Shown here: positions 12,001 through 24,359 of the stretch, one piece after another
Layout of the letters: every line of letters begins with the position of its first letter
How positions within the stretch are numbered: the first letter of the stretch is position 1
From: Octopus sinensis
Lineage: Eukaryota
DNA length: 64,000 bases
NCBI RefSeq assembly: GCF_006345805.1
Contig: NC_043016.1
Span: 5,518,001-5,582,000, forward strand
Direction: 5' to 3'
Translations under genes and position numbers: made by a program
Notes under the pieces: generated by a model
Database searches by the model: none
The model's input: only the letters and a program-made list of their open reading frames with translations
Told to the model about the DNA's origin: nothing

Positions 12001-13702
12001 CTTAGCGCTTGTCGTTGACAAGCTGATTGGCAAGGCGCAAACCGCGCCGTCCCGACCAGGTCTATCCACGACAACCTACATTTCATGCGCTACATCATAG
12101 AGAGGGTGGGGCTTTGATCAATTTAGATCAGTCTAAAGCTTTCGATAGGGTCGACCATCGATACTTGAGAGCTGCTCTCAAGGCAGCTGGTTTCGGTCCG
12201 GTCTTCCATGGGTGGATCGCTGCTTTGTACAGTGGCATCTGCTCGGTCATACGGGTGAACGGTCACCTGTCGGAGCCGTTCAACATCTTGCTTTCGGTCA
12301 ACTAAGGATGTCCTCTCTCCTCCCTCCTTTACGTATTGACTCTCGAACCATTACTGCGGAAATTGGAGGCTTTCAGGGGTGTCCTGCGTGATCTGGGATG
12401 TGGAAAGATCGTGTCTGCCTATGCCGACGGCATCACCATGATTGTGTCGAGCCACATCGACCTGATTGGCGAGACGCTAAGCGAGTACGAAGCGGTGACA
12501 GATGCGAAAATTAACGCGGAAAATCGGTGGGCACCTGGAGAGGCAAGTCCATGCCGTCAAACAGCGTCGTGGGGCGCTGGACAGAGTGTCCCGTTAAATT
12601 GCTCGGGGTCTGGTTCGGTCCGGACCTCCAAATGGAGCAAAACTGGGACGAGGTGACAAGCATGGTAGCCAATATCACCCAGAAATGGGCCGAGAGGAAG
12701 CTGTCACTGAAAGGTCGAACTGGGGTGGTCGCCGTTCGTCAGACTCTCCTTTCCGCAGCTCGTCTCTTTGACCGAGCTGCAATCTTGGATCAAGCCGTCA
12801 AGCTCTCACAGTCTTCCTCCAGGCGGGCAATGCGATCGGTAGTAGCGTTCTATAGAGGGTTAGTACAGGAAAAGTGCAACGACATTCTCGGGGAAACTCT
12901 AGACGTCGACGATGACCAGCTAAGCAGTCTGTTTGGGAGAACTTTCAGGCCGAGGACCATGGATAGCTTCCAAAAGTCCCTCGCCTGGCAGTGCTACCGG
13001 GGGGCGTTACCTGTTCGGAATAAACTCTACCGGCAGGAAGTGCCGCCAGCTGGGCCCGCCCGAGGTGCGCTCAGAACTACGAAATCGTTCTGCACACACT
13101 AGTCCAGTGCCCGAGCATTGCTGACCTGAGGGTTTATGTCGAACAGCTGCTGTCGCGTGTAGGACAGATCCGGCTATCAGCTGAATCCATAGTGAAGCTT
13201 GCCCCGCCGACCTCCTCTAACTGGGAGGGGAAGGAAAATTTTCATTTGTCTAGTGGCTGTGGCGAAAGAGGTGGTATGGTGGCCCCGTTTGAAAGGGCCA
13301 AAATCAGACACTTCCCTCTTTGGCCAAGGCCTCGTTAACTTTTTCAAGTTCCACTTGAAAAGGAAGATGAGAGAAGAGGGGGAAGTGTAATCTTGTAGCA
13401 AATTTATTAAAAGGTGGGTGAATGTCGGAAGAATGGCCAGTATGGACGAAACAATTCTGAGATTACACCTGTAAAACAAAAGGAATATAAATGGACAAGA
13501 GGCTCTCACCCTGTTGATCAGGCACCTGTGGCTTTTATGGGGTTTTCCACAAATAACTTTCAATGTGCCTTCCCCTATTGGGAGTTCTTTTTACCTGTTA
13601 AATTTTTCTTGTTACCATATGTTTACACGGACTTTTCTTTTTGCAAAACCATTTGTTTTTATCGTCCTCTGTTTGTCATTTCATGTGGCCAATAAAACAA
13701 GA

Positions 13703-13704
<2 letters not shown>
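9085..13704 (+). mobile_element. near full-length degraded Tx1/L1-like LINE (family Tx1-A): ORF1 with RRM-like region and zinc knuckle; ORF2 with APE, RT and C-terminal zinc finger
   Basis: ORF1 has GTVEVRFP and YLCSSEKHLKLDC. APE has VLVGDWNVVLD, DRYRLDNP...WTW and GPGYWELN. RT has LDQSKAFDRVDH, GCPLSPLL and SAYADGIT, followed by WQCYRGALPVR. AATAAA at 13691. Many frameshifts. Confidence 0.88.
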
Positions 13705-13775
<71 letters not shown>

Positions 13776-13800
13776 TATTATTATTATTATTATTATTATA
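13705..13800. repeat. (ATT)n microsatellite
   Basis: Direct reading of the sequence. Confidence 0.95.
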
Positions 13801-14136
13801 TGTTTGACTTTTGCTTTATGTCTGTACAAGTTGGCTCCAAGTCTCACCCAGAGACCTCAAGAGACAACAGGTTGGAAGTTCACGTTGTTGTTATGCCTAG
13901 TGTGCCATATATTTGGTTGTTTTTTGTGTTGTATTAGTGGATGTCTAAAACAAATATTTGTTTTAAACCTTGAGATTACATAGAAAGTATTTTGCGTAGG
14001 ACATGAGCAGTTGCCATGAGCACTATCTTTTGAATTTCTGCCATTTTTGGGTTTCCTGGTATCTGAGTTAGGTAGCAATCAGCCCTTTTTGCTATCATTC
14101 CCAGGGCACCTATGACAATAGGTATTGTTTTAGTCT
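13801..14136 (-). mobile_element. short 5'-truncated copy of Dong-A (RLE C-terminus and 3' UTR)
   Basis: Nearly identical to 741-1090. (ATT)n lies on both sides (13705-13800 and 14137-14160). Confidence 0.9.
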
Positions 14137-14269
14137 ATTATTATTATTATTATTATTACTTTTTTTTTCTTCTTTCAAATTTGCTTCCATTTCTTGCCGA
14201 GTGTCTTCCCGACTCCTAGGGCAAAGAAACTCATAGTATACATTGGTAGGCCATTAATCCAAAATCAAT

Positions 14270-17200
14270 AGTTCATTCTTTTTTTTTTTTTTTATTAAAT
14301 TAAAATACATGAGCAGCAACAGTTCTCACATCGACAATGCCCTTCTCAATACGTGTGATGTACCAGTTAAGACAATCTTTTGCACTTCTTGCAGGGATGG
14401 TAAGCCAGGGATCATTCTCATATAATTTTCGGTTCCCTTCTTGATCATTCCTAGTGCTCCTACGATCACTGGTATTGTAACCGCCTTGAGATGCCACATT
14501 TTCTCAATTTCAATGAGTAGGTCTTTATATTTTCTGAGCTTGTCAAATTCTTTCGCTGAGATATTATGATCACAGGGGATGCTCATGTCGATCAATAAGC
14601 AAACTTTATTGTTTTGGTCTTTCACAACACTATCTGGTTTATTGGCTTTGATGGTTCGGTCTGTATGTACTGGAAAGTCCCACAGAATGGTTACATTTTC
14701 TCCTTCAGTTACAGCCTCAGGGTGGTGATTATACCACTTGTCGGCAGCTTTGATATTGTAATGCCGACTTATTAGCCAGTGTAGATATTGGTCAACTCTG
14801 TCATGTCTTAATTTATACTCCACTGGTGCTAAGACTTTACATCCAGAGATTAGGTGGTCCACTGTTTCAATCATGTCGTTGCAGAATCGGCATTTTGGGT
14901 CTGCTCCATTTTTCATCACATTGGCCTGGTAGTTCCGGGTTAATAGGCTTTGATCTTGAGCAGCTAGGATGAAACCTTCGCTCTCTGCTTTTAACCCTGA
15001 GCTCCGTAGCCACTGATGGGTTTGCTTCTGGTCAACATCAGCTTGTTTGCTGCGGGCCATATATTTGCCGTGCAGAGGTTTCTCCTCCCACCTATCAGCC
15101 AATTGCTCGTGCGCTTTTTTCGTTGCCATTATTTTCACCTTCTTTGCAATAATAGTTGCCGTACTTCCCTCGGGTTGTTCAGTTTGGGTATCCTGCACGA
15201 GATCAATAGCAAATTTTTTGCTTTCCTTTATGATAGAATGAAGCTTCTTTCGTCTCTCGTGATTTTCCACGAGCTTCAGCATCCAGTCATTCGTTATTTC
15301 GAGATATTTGGCCAGTCCAATTGTGGTTGTTTTGTAAGCTAATTCAAATTGGATCAGGCCTCGACCTCCTTGGGCTCTGGGAAGGTAAAGGCGATCTACG
15401 TCTGCCTTTGGGTGGTGCATCCTATTACAACTCAGCAGCTTGCGTATTTTCCTATCTATATTCTTTACTTCACTCATATTCCAGTTCAACACATTGTAGC
15501 TATAAGTAACAACTGGGACTGCTAAGGAATTTATAGCTAACACCTTGTTACGTGCATTTAGTTCAGATTTCAGGACTGCATGAACTCTCCTATAACATTC
15601 CTTCTTGATCTTCTCTTTCATGCTTGCATGCTGAATACCAGAGCCTTCATTTATCCCTAAATATTTGTATGTTTGTTCTTGCTCAAGCTCTCTTATGACT
15701 GTGTCAACATCTAACACGACTGAATTTGTGGTCTTCACTTTCCCTTTCTGGAAAGTGGCCTGGCACACTTCTCAAGTCCAAACTCCATCCCGATGTCATC
15801 GCTGAATGCTTTCACAGTGCGCAATAGGCCTTCAAGTTCATTATTGTCTTTACCATAGAGTTTTAAGTCATCCATATAAAATAGATGGCTTTTTTTTATT
15901 GGCAATTTTATACCCATACCCTGTTCTGTTTAATTCACTTGTAAGGGGTATTAAGGCTATGCAGAATATTAAAGGTGAAAGTGAGTCACCTTGAAAAATT
16001 CCACAGTTGATGTTTATATTTTCTGAGGCAAGTACTCCATTAGAGTGGTATAATTGGAGATTCGTATTCCCAACGACATATTGTGCTTCAGGAAGCTTGA
16101 AATCACAGGGGAAATTTTGAAGATGTCCAGCGATCTCAAGATCCATGGATGCGTATACTGTCGAAGGCCTTTTTATAGTCAATCCATGCGGAGCTGAGAT
16201 TTCTGCGCTTGTTGTGACAGTTCTCAAGGATCATACGATTAATTAGCAGTTGATCTTTGCTCCGTAAGAGCCTCGGCGACACCCTTTTTGTTCAATGGGG
16301 AAAATATCGTCCTTCTCCATGAATGCATATGTTTTCTCCGCCAGGATAGATGTTAGGATTTTATACGTGGTGGATAGGCCGATAGTTTTTTGGAAGGTTG
16401 GTTTCGTTGTTCTTTGGGAGTAGGTAAGTAATACCACTTGCTAACCATTCAGGTGTTTTCTTTGGGTCTCTCATAATTCCATTGAGCAGCTGAACTAGCT
16501 TACCGTGTGCGCATGGGAGCGATGCGAGCCAGAAATTCGGCACCCTATCTTTACCGGGGGATTTCCAATTATGGGCCTTCGTGAGTGCCTTTCTTAGGTC
16601 TGCTATTGTGATGTCTTCCCATGCTTGTTGTAAATTTTGGTAGGATCCTTCAGTTTGTATAATCCAGTCTGCATTTATGTTGTACGTCTTCTTGTCACTC
16701 CAAATCCTTTTCCAAAAGTTTTGAACTTCTTCCATGGGAGGGGGGTCTTTAACGGTTACTTTCTCCTTCCCTATTTCTCTGTAGAATTTTTTGGCATTGG
16801 ATGTGAACAGCTTATTTTGCTTGTAAAACTTGTTTCTCTTCTCAAATCTTCGTATTCTTTGGGCTTTTGCTTGGACTTTTTGTTTCAGCGTTTCTTTTAT
16901 TGATATCAGTTCTTCTCTTGGTGAGGATCCAAATTTTCTCTTCATCTTTCTTCCTGTTCTGGATCTTACATCATTTCCACATATTAGTTCATTTAATATT
17001 GATATTTCCCCTCTCATAAATTCAATCTCTTTTTCAATTTTACTTCTCCAGGTTTGATTTCTTCCCAGGTTTGGTTTTCTTTGTATTTTCGGGGGCATAC
17101 AGCTGGTTTCAATTGCCCTAGCAGAAGCGTATATAATTTCATTTAACTCAGTAAAATCAGGTTTTAATTCTTGTATTATTTCATTTGTTACATAGTTGCC

Positions 17201-18000
17201 AATTTGGATTTGTTTTTTATTTTGGTTTGTATTTGAGAGTTTATGAAGTGGTTCTCTATCATTCATACTTGTATGTCTTACAACTTCAAGTGTATTCAGG
17301 ATTTTCTGCCTCTGCCTGCCATAGACTCTCTGTGTTCTTCAGCAAATGCGAGATCTTCAGTTACTGTTGTTTTTCTTTTCCTGGCTATCTTTAACAGGTA
17401 CAATAGAATTTCTTGTATCTTCAGGCTTTGCGTACTTTGGTCAGATGGCAGTCTTTCAATTAAGCCTCGTGGCGGCTATACTGTTCATCTGATTCTTCAT
17501 TTCCTTTGTGTCTTATATTTATGTCATTTTCCGTTGCGTGCTTGATCGCGCTTATTTCACTGTCTGTGAGTCTGTTATTTCTAAGGATATCCCTCCTCAC
17601 ATTTGCTAAGTTGTTCTCGTCCAAATAGGGCCTACTGTCTTGATTCGTGTTTACTGTAAGAGTTTGCGGTGTGTCTCTCTTGAGATGGCCTACCTAATGC
17701 ATAGTAATAAGCGTATATTACTTCTTTATACTCTTCTCGGGTCCATTTGTTCCGCTTACATTTTTTTCTTTCTGTGTGTTTCTGGTGGTGAACTTGGAGG
17801 GCTCGAGTTGGGGGATTTCCCGTTCAAGTGACCATCCATGTCCGTATTCGGAGAAGAGTTTGTGCCAGTTGATGACTTTTCGACCCCAGGCTGGCTCTTC
17901 TCTGGGGGACGCGCTTCCAGATTAACCATAGGACAAGAAATTTGGTATACTGATTTAGTTTTCCTTTTAGTTTCCAAAAACATTTTGGTGCTACGATAAT
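14270..18000 (-). mobile_element. near full-length R4/Dong-like LINE (family Dong-B), single ORF broken by frameshifts
   Basis: N-terminal KRNKWTREEYKEVIYAYY (manual translation near 17740). RT motifs WKSPGKD, EQKGC, IFQGDSLSPL, HLFYMDDLKLY and YKYLGI. CRFC..ETVDHLISGC zinc finger and RLE WDFPVHTDRTIKANKPD. A-rich tail at 14278-14293. Confidence 0.92.
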
Positions 18001-18099
18001 GTTATCCTTTTTGAGCTTTGATTGGCTCGTGGGGAGACAGCCATCATTGCCGTTACAATTATAATCGTAACATTATAGCAGCCGTAGTCGGCTTATTAT

Positions 18100-18205
18100 C
18101 GTTATTATCATCGCCGTTATTATCACTATCATCATTATCACCACCATTACCATCATCATTATCATCATCACCATCGCCATCATCATCATCATCATCATCA
18201 ATGAT
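18100..18205. repeat. (ATC)n-rich microsatellite
   Basis: Direct reading of the sequence. Confidence 0.85.
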
Positions 18206-18619
18206 ATTGTTTTATGTGTAGTCACAGCAGTATCTTATTATTGTTATTTTTGTTTTTTATCATTATCACCATCACAGTAGTGTCTGTCTGTCTCGTTGGT
18301 TGGATTGGTGGTTGGCTGGCTGACTGTCTTCAACGCCAGAGTTCTTGCCTGTCAAATAATACTTTCATATTTGGTTAACAATAGAGCCGAGGTGAGGTTT
18401 GTGTTGGCTGAACTCTTTGAGTGTGTGTGTGTGTGTGTAGATAGATAAAACTTAGATATGTTTCGACCAAAGATTGGTCCAGGCCATGTCTAACTTAATA
18501 GCACCACCTGAGTTAATAGCACTAGATAGATTATCAGCACTATTACTATCATTATTATCATCATCACCATTATTATCATCATTATAATCATCATTACCAT
18601 TATTATTATTATTATTATT

Positions 18620-20273
18620 CAGTAGTTTTATTTTTATAGCGTGCTTTCACTTCACTACCGAGCGCAGCTCTGTGTGCCTTGGGTATGTGCTGTGATTTGT
18701 TGTGATGCTCTGATGGTTATTGTATGGAAAGTGTTCTGCGTAGGATGTGTGCAGTGCCTAGTAGTGCAATTTTCTGTATGTTATATGTGTTTGTAAGTCC
18801 TGGTGTTTTTGTTATGTATTTGTCTGAATATTTTTTTATCATGCCTAATGCACCTACTATGATAGGAATTGTTTCTGTTTTCAGATTCCACATTCTAGTT
18901 TCCTCTATTTCCAGGTCTTTGTATTTTGAGAGTTTCTCCATTTCTTTTAGAGACACGTTGTCATCAGCCGGTATTGATACATCAATTAGAAAGCATTTTT
19001 TTCTTCATGATCTCTGACAACTATATCTGGTCTGCTGGCCTTAATTTCTCTATCTGTGTGTATCGGCATATCCCAGAGTATGGTTGCTTTCTCGTTTTCT
19101 GTGACCTTTTCTGGTGTGTGCCTATACCATCTTTTTTCTGTTGTTATTCCATAATGTTGGCATATCTTCCAATGTATGTAGGTTCCAACTCTGTCATGTC
19201 TGTGAATATATTCCTTCTTAGCCAGGACTGGGCAGCTAGAGATAATATGATTTATTGTTTCTTGTCCATCTCCACATATTCTGCAGTTACTTGTAATATT
19301 TCTTTTCATTACATGTTTTTGGTAATTTCTGGTAGGGAGGCTTTGGTCTTGTGCTGCAATTAAAAATCCCTCTGTTTCTGCTTTGAGTCCTGAGCTTCTC
19401 AACCATTGCTGGGATCTTTCTTTGTCTATTTCTTTTGCGTTTAGTTTAGTCCAGTATTTACCATGAAGGGGCTTTTCTTGCCATCGTTTTATCATGGTTC
19501 GTTGCTGTTCTATTTTTAGTTTGGATTTCATTTGTTTTATAGCTTTTGTTGTTTCTTCTCATCTTCTTCTCTTCTTCTCTTCATGTTTATTAGGTGGTAT
19601 GATTTCTTGTTGTATTTGTCAGCTTCCTTAAATACTGAGAACAGTTTTTTGTTTTGCTCGTGTTTTGCCGCTCTCTGGATCAGTTTTCCTTCCTTCTGAA
19701 GTAGATATTTTTGCAGTCCTATGGTGGTTATTTTATAGTAGTTTTCCAGCTGTATAAGGCCTCTACCACCTTCTATACGTTGTATATATAGTCTTTTATG
19801 TCAGATTTTGGGTGATGCATTCTAGATCCTGTCATTATTTTTCTTGTTTTCCTATCTATTTTGGTCAGTTCATTTCGTGTCCAGTTAAGGATATTGTAGC
19901 TGTAACTTATAACTGGGACAGCTAAAGTGTTGATACCTATTATCTTGTTTTTAGCATTGAGCTCTGTTTTTAGTATTGATCTAACTCGTCTATAATATTC
20001 TTTTTTTATTTTCTCTTTCATTGTGTGTGTTGTCTTATCTAGTTCATGGATTCCTAAGTATTTGTAAGTTTGGCTTTGGTCTAATTCTTTTATTTCATTG
20101 GTTTTATCTAGTGTGATGTTGTTACTCTTAACTAGTTTTCCTCTTTTCATGGTTACTTTGGCGCATTTTTCTAATCCAAATTTCATGTCTATTTCTTTGG
20201 TAAATCCATGAACTGTCTTTAATAGTGTTTCCAGCTGTTTGTCATTTGCAGCGTATAGTTTTAGGTCATCCAT
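18620..20273 (-). mobile_element. 5'-truncated R4/Dong-like LINE (family Dong-C)
   Basis: ORFs 19773..20273 (MDDLKLY, YKYLGI), 18986..19531 (CRIC...HIISSC, RHDRVG, WDMPIHTDREIKASRPD) and 18717..18956 (KYKDL). Flanked by (ATT/ATC)n at 18540-18620 and 20275-20375. Confidence 0.9.
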
Positions 20274-20274
20274 A

Positions 20275-20340
<66 letters not shown>

Positions 20341-20619
20341 CATCATCATCATTATTATTATCATCATTATTATTATATAATAAATACACACAAATATGTA
20401 CGTATGTATACACACACACACACACATACACACACACACACACAAACAAACAATAGGTTTCTGCGCCAGCCTGCATATGTAGATACTTAGTCCCCCCACT
20501 TTTATGATTATTCACATAAGTTATGCTTCAGTATATGTCAATTTAACCAAAGTTGTTGACGTTGTTAAAATTTAACTGATAAATTACGTATAACCAATTG
20601 GATTCCATGGACAGCGAGG

Positions 20620-20915
20620 CTCACCAAGCAGATCGAGCCGAAAATGTCGCTAGAAGCTAGGATCACCAAGCATAGATTGGCATATTTCGGTTATATTATG
20701 CAGAGAAAATCCCTGGAGAAGGACATCATGCTCGGAATGGTCAGTGGCAAGAGAGGAAGAGGCCGACCAAGAACCCGCTGGCTTGACACCATCATGAGTG
20801 ATACTGGAATGGACATAGTCAATCTGAAAGAAGCGGCCCAGGATAGAACTGACTGGAGGACACTGATCCAACGAGTAACCGAGAGTCGACTTCGACTGAG
20901 CGGGTAGATAGATAG
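20620..20915 (+). mobile_element. 3' end of an RTE-clade (BovB-like) LINE
   Basis: RLAYFGYIMQRKSLEKDIMLGMVSGKRGRGRPRTRWLD...AAQDRTDWRTLIQRVTESRLRL followed by a (TAGA)n tail. Confidence 0.85.
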
Positions 20916-21536
20916 ATAACCAATTGTTATAAAACGTGGACGTTTTATTTTTGTTATTATACATATATTTTTTTGTATTTTGCTTTTAATTTGCAATCAG
21001 GGAATACTTGCCTTTTTTAGTTTCAAATTGGTGGGTTTTACGCGGCAGTTAACCGTATCATTAAGCGCTGGGATGAGCTTTTACTTGGGTGCATGCACGT
21101 TCGAGCGTTCGCCTTTGAAAGACAGATCTTGGAAAATGTTGATTTCATCAGTATGTTATAAATAATTAAATAGTTGGGCGAAATTCTAGTTTAAACACCC
21201 CATATAACCCCTCATAACTTTTCTTTACTTTTGGGACACAGGAATTTATATGATAATGAAAAGCAGAAACAAAATCTTTTGTGTGTGTGACTTAAGGGCG
21301 ATTAAGCTGTTGTTTTTAACTCATTTCACGACCTCCTTTCTCATTTCTTTGTCACTTTGACATGTACTGATGTTTTTCATGGTTATATGCCATTATCAAT
21401 GAAGTCTTAAATAGGCTACATTTGCATATATCTAAGCATTATAGTTCGCTAGTGATATGAATAATCATAAAAAGAGAGGGAAGTATCTACATACGCAGAA
21501 GCTGTTGCTTATATGTGTGTGTGTGCGTGTGTGTAT

Positions 21537-22596
21537 AAAATTAGAAATATTGCATTTCTAAATCCCTCAGAGAAACTTATACTGTAGTAGCACGATAAAA
21601 TGATGGTTTGTTGTCAACTTAATGTGACAGTCCCAGGAAAGGGGAGAATGCTACTGATATTTAGCCCCAATAAACACCGTTTCAGGTTGGCTATGTGACA
21701 CAAGCGTTTTGTGTCCTTATGTTTTCAAACAGGGGAGACAAGCACCTCCACCCAGCAAAGCCAAATATCCACAGACTAGTTTCAGAGTCATTGCTCTTCA
21801 CCAGTCTGGAATAGCTTGGTTAGTTAGCTGCCTATGTTTATTTGCCTTTGAAAACATACAAAATTTCAAGTGAAATAAATTCACCGATCTACAAAATTAG
21901 AAATATTGCATTTCTAAATCTCTCAGAGATACTTATACAGTAGCAGCACGGTAAAGTGATGGTTTGTTGCCCCAGTTAACTGTTCCTAGTTGGCTAAGCG
22001 ACACAAGCGTACTGTGTCCATATGTTTTCAAAGGTGAATAATCATCGACAGCTAGCAAACCAAGCTACTCCAGACTGGTGAAGAGCAATGACAGTAACTA
22101 GTCTCTGGATGCTGGCTTTGCTGGGTAGAGATGCTTGTCTGCCCTGTTTGAAAACATAACGACACAGAAAATGTGTCATGGCCAACTAGAAACGGTGTTT
22201 TCTGGGGCTAAATAGCAGTAGCATTCTTCCATTTCCTGGGACTGCCACATTAACTTGGCAACAAACCATCACTTTACCGTGCTGCTACTGCCTAAATCTC
22301 TCTGTGATATTTAGAAAAGCAATATTTCTAAGTTTGTAGTTCAGTGAATTCTATATGTTTTCGACAGTTAGCAAACCAAGCTACTCCACACTGATGAAGA
22401 GCGATGACTCTGAAACTAGTCTCTGGGTACTGGGTTTGCTGGGTGGAGGTGCTTGTCTCCCCTGTTTGAAGACATAACGAGATAGTACGCCTGTGTCACA
22501 TAGCCAATTGGAAACGCTGTTTACTGGGCTAAGTAGCAGTAGCATTCTTCCCTCTCCTGGGACTGCATCATTAAGTTGGCAACAAACCATCACTTT
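21537..22596. repeat. tandem plus inverted array of a roughly 320-356-bp unit (family HH-A)
   Basis: TTAGAAATATTGCATTTCTAAATC at 21541 and 21897. The inverted arm 22047-22596 holds about 1.7 units. Bounded by (TG)n and (TA)n. Confidence 0.88.
22385..22427 (+). ncRNA. minimal type I hammerhead ribozyme, HH-A (canonical core)
   Basis: TCCACA-CTGATGA-AGAG-CGATGA-CTCT-GAAAC-TA-GTC^TCTGGG. Paralogues at 21768-21810 (minus) and 22069-22109 (plus) give stem I TCCAGA/TCTGGA. Confidence 0.75.
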
Positions 22597-22614
22597 TTAT
22601 ATATATATATATAT

Positions 22615-23582
22615 ACCGGAGTGAAACAAGGTGGAAAAAAGAGTACTCAAATACCAGAGGTAGAGTAATATGCTTTATTTAAAAACACCAGAAATATAAC
22701 AAAAGCTGTTAGAGTTTCACGTTCCCGATCGTCGAACAGTTTTGTTAACATGGAATAGTAATAGCGATATAATCAAAACTAGTTGAAGGATACACCTTTA
22801 AAAAAAGGATTTATTTCATTGGGCGTTTCAATGAACAAAATAAATGAATTCAATATAAATTCATCCTATTATAAAAATCGAGGAAAACCTTAAATCGAAG
22901 AGTGGATTTAAAATACATATTGTAAATAATTATATACGAAATATAAGTCGATTAATAAATTAAAATTTTCACGCTGCATTACATAAATATTTTACAACAG
23001 TATATACCCACACTAGACAATCTATAATATACATATATACATCAAAATACACAGATGCATGCACATAGTTACATACATATACAGGCATATAAATGTAAGA
23101 TATGAATATACGCACAAGTACACATATACACATATGCACGCAACCATACCCGTGTACGAAAATCTCTTGGTGTATACATATAGAAGTCAGTTATAACAGA
23201 CAAGTTAGGCAAGAAGTATATCTTAAACGTAGGGAGGGGGGGAAGAAAAAGAAAATAAGAAGAATCCTAGCGAAAGAAAGCGGTAAAGGCGGCAGAAGAG
23301 GAACGCATTGTTTAAGGACGCTTTCAAAGTAACGAATAGGGAGAGAAATGATACTTTGCGAAAGAAAGAAAAAAGAAAGAGAGATAGGTGACGGAATATG
23401 TGTAACATATTACGTCAATTGAAAGGACCAATGAAACAAATCCATTTTTAAAAGTGTATCCTTTAACTAGTTTTGATTATATCGTTATTTCTGTTCCATT
23501 TTAACAAAACCTGTCCGACGAACGGGAACGTAAAACTCTGAGTAACAGCTTTTGTTATATTTCTGCTGCTTTTAAATAAACT
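22615..23582. repeat. element with long terminal inverted repeats (about 22680-22850 and 23410-23582) carrying HH-B, between (TA)n tracts
   Basis: 22680-22800 is the reverse complement of 23455-23580. (TA)n at 22597-22615 and 23582-23600. Confidence 0.8.
23502..23557 (+). ncRNA. minimal type I hammerhead-like motif, HH-B (CCGACGA core; this copy has G12A)
   Basis: TAACAAAA-C-CTGT-CCGACGA-ACG-GGAA-CGT-AAA-ACTC-T-GAGT-A^ACAG-C-TTTTGTTA. Other copies (8970, 22710, 54415) retain CGTGAAAC or TGAAAC. Confidence 0.55.
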
Positions 23583-23830
23583 ATATATATATATATATAT
23601 AATAGAAATATTAAAATTACTAAGTCTCTCTAAAAGAGAACAGCGGCAGCGTTCCCGGAAAATAATAGTTATCGCCATACTAATATGGCATTCTTATAAA
23701 AATAAGAAAAAAGCTGTCCGCTTATTAGCTCCATGAGGCCATCGCCTTAAGTTAGCTATTTGATACACAAACTGTATCCATATAACCTTCGAACAAGGGA
23801 GGTCAGTCGCTCCACACTACTTGACCGGCA

Positions 23831-23872
23831 GCTACAGACGCGTTTCGGGGTATTGCCCCTTTTCAATGCAGC
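23831..23872 (-). ncRNA. minimal type I hammerhead ribozyme, HH-C (U3-A8 compensatory core)
   Basis: Reverse complement reads GCTGCA-TTGAAAA-GGGG-CAATA-CCCC-GAAAC-GC-GTC^TGTAGC: 6-bp stem I, 4-bp stem II and palindromic ACGCGT stem III. Confidence 0.7.
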
Positions 23873-24359
23873 GTAGCCAGCCAGTAGGTGTCGCTTCCGA
23901 CAATCTCTGTTCGATGGTTTTATTTACCTAGTTTCGCTGGAATACATCCACTTGTTTTCAATAATAGAAATATTAAAATTACTAAGTCTCTCTAAAAGAG
24001 AACAGCGGCAGCGTTCCCGGAAAATAATATCTGTAGCTGCCGGTCAAGTAGTGTGGAGCGACTGACCTCCCTTGTTCGAAGGTTATATGGATACAGTTTT
24101 TGTATCAAATAGCTAACTTAAGCGATGGCCTCATGGAGCTAATAAGCGGACAGCTTTTTTCTTATTTTTATAGAATGCCATATTAGTATGGCGATAAACT
24201 ATTATTTTCCGGGAACGTGCTGCCGCTGTTCTCTTTTAGAGAGACTTAGTAATTTTAATATTTCTATTATTGAAAACAAGTGGATGTATTCCACCGAAAT
24301 TAGGTATAACAAAACCATCGAACAGAGATTGTCGGAAGCGACACCTACTGGCTGGCTAC

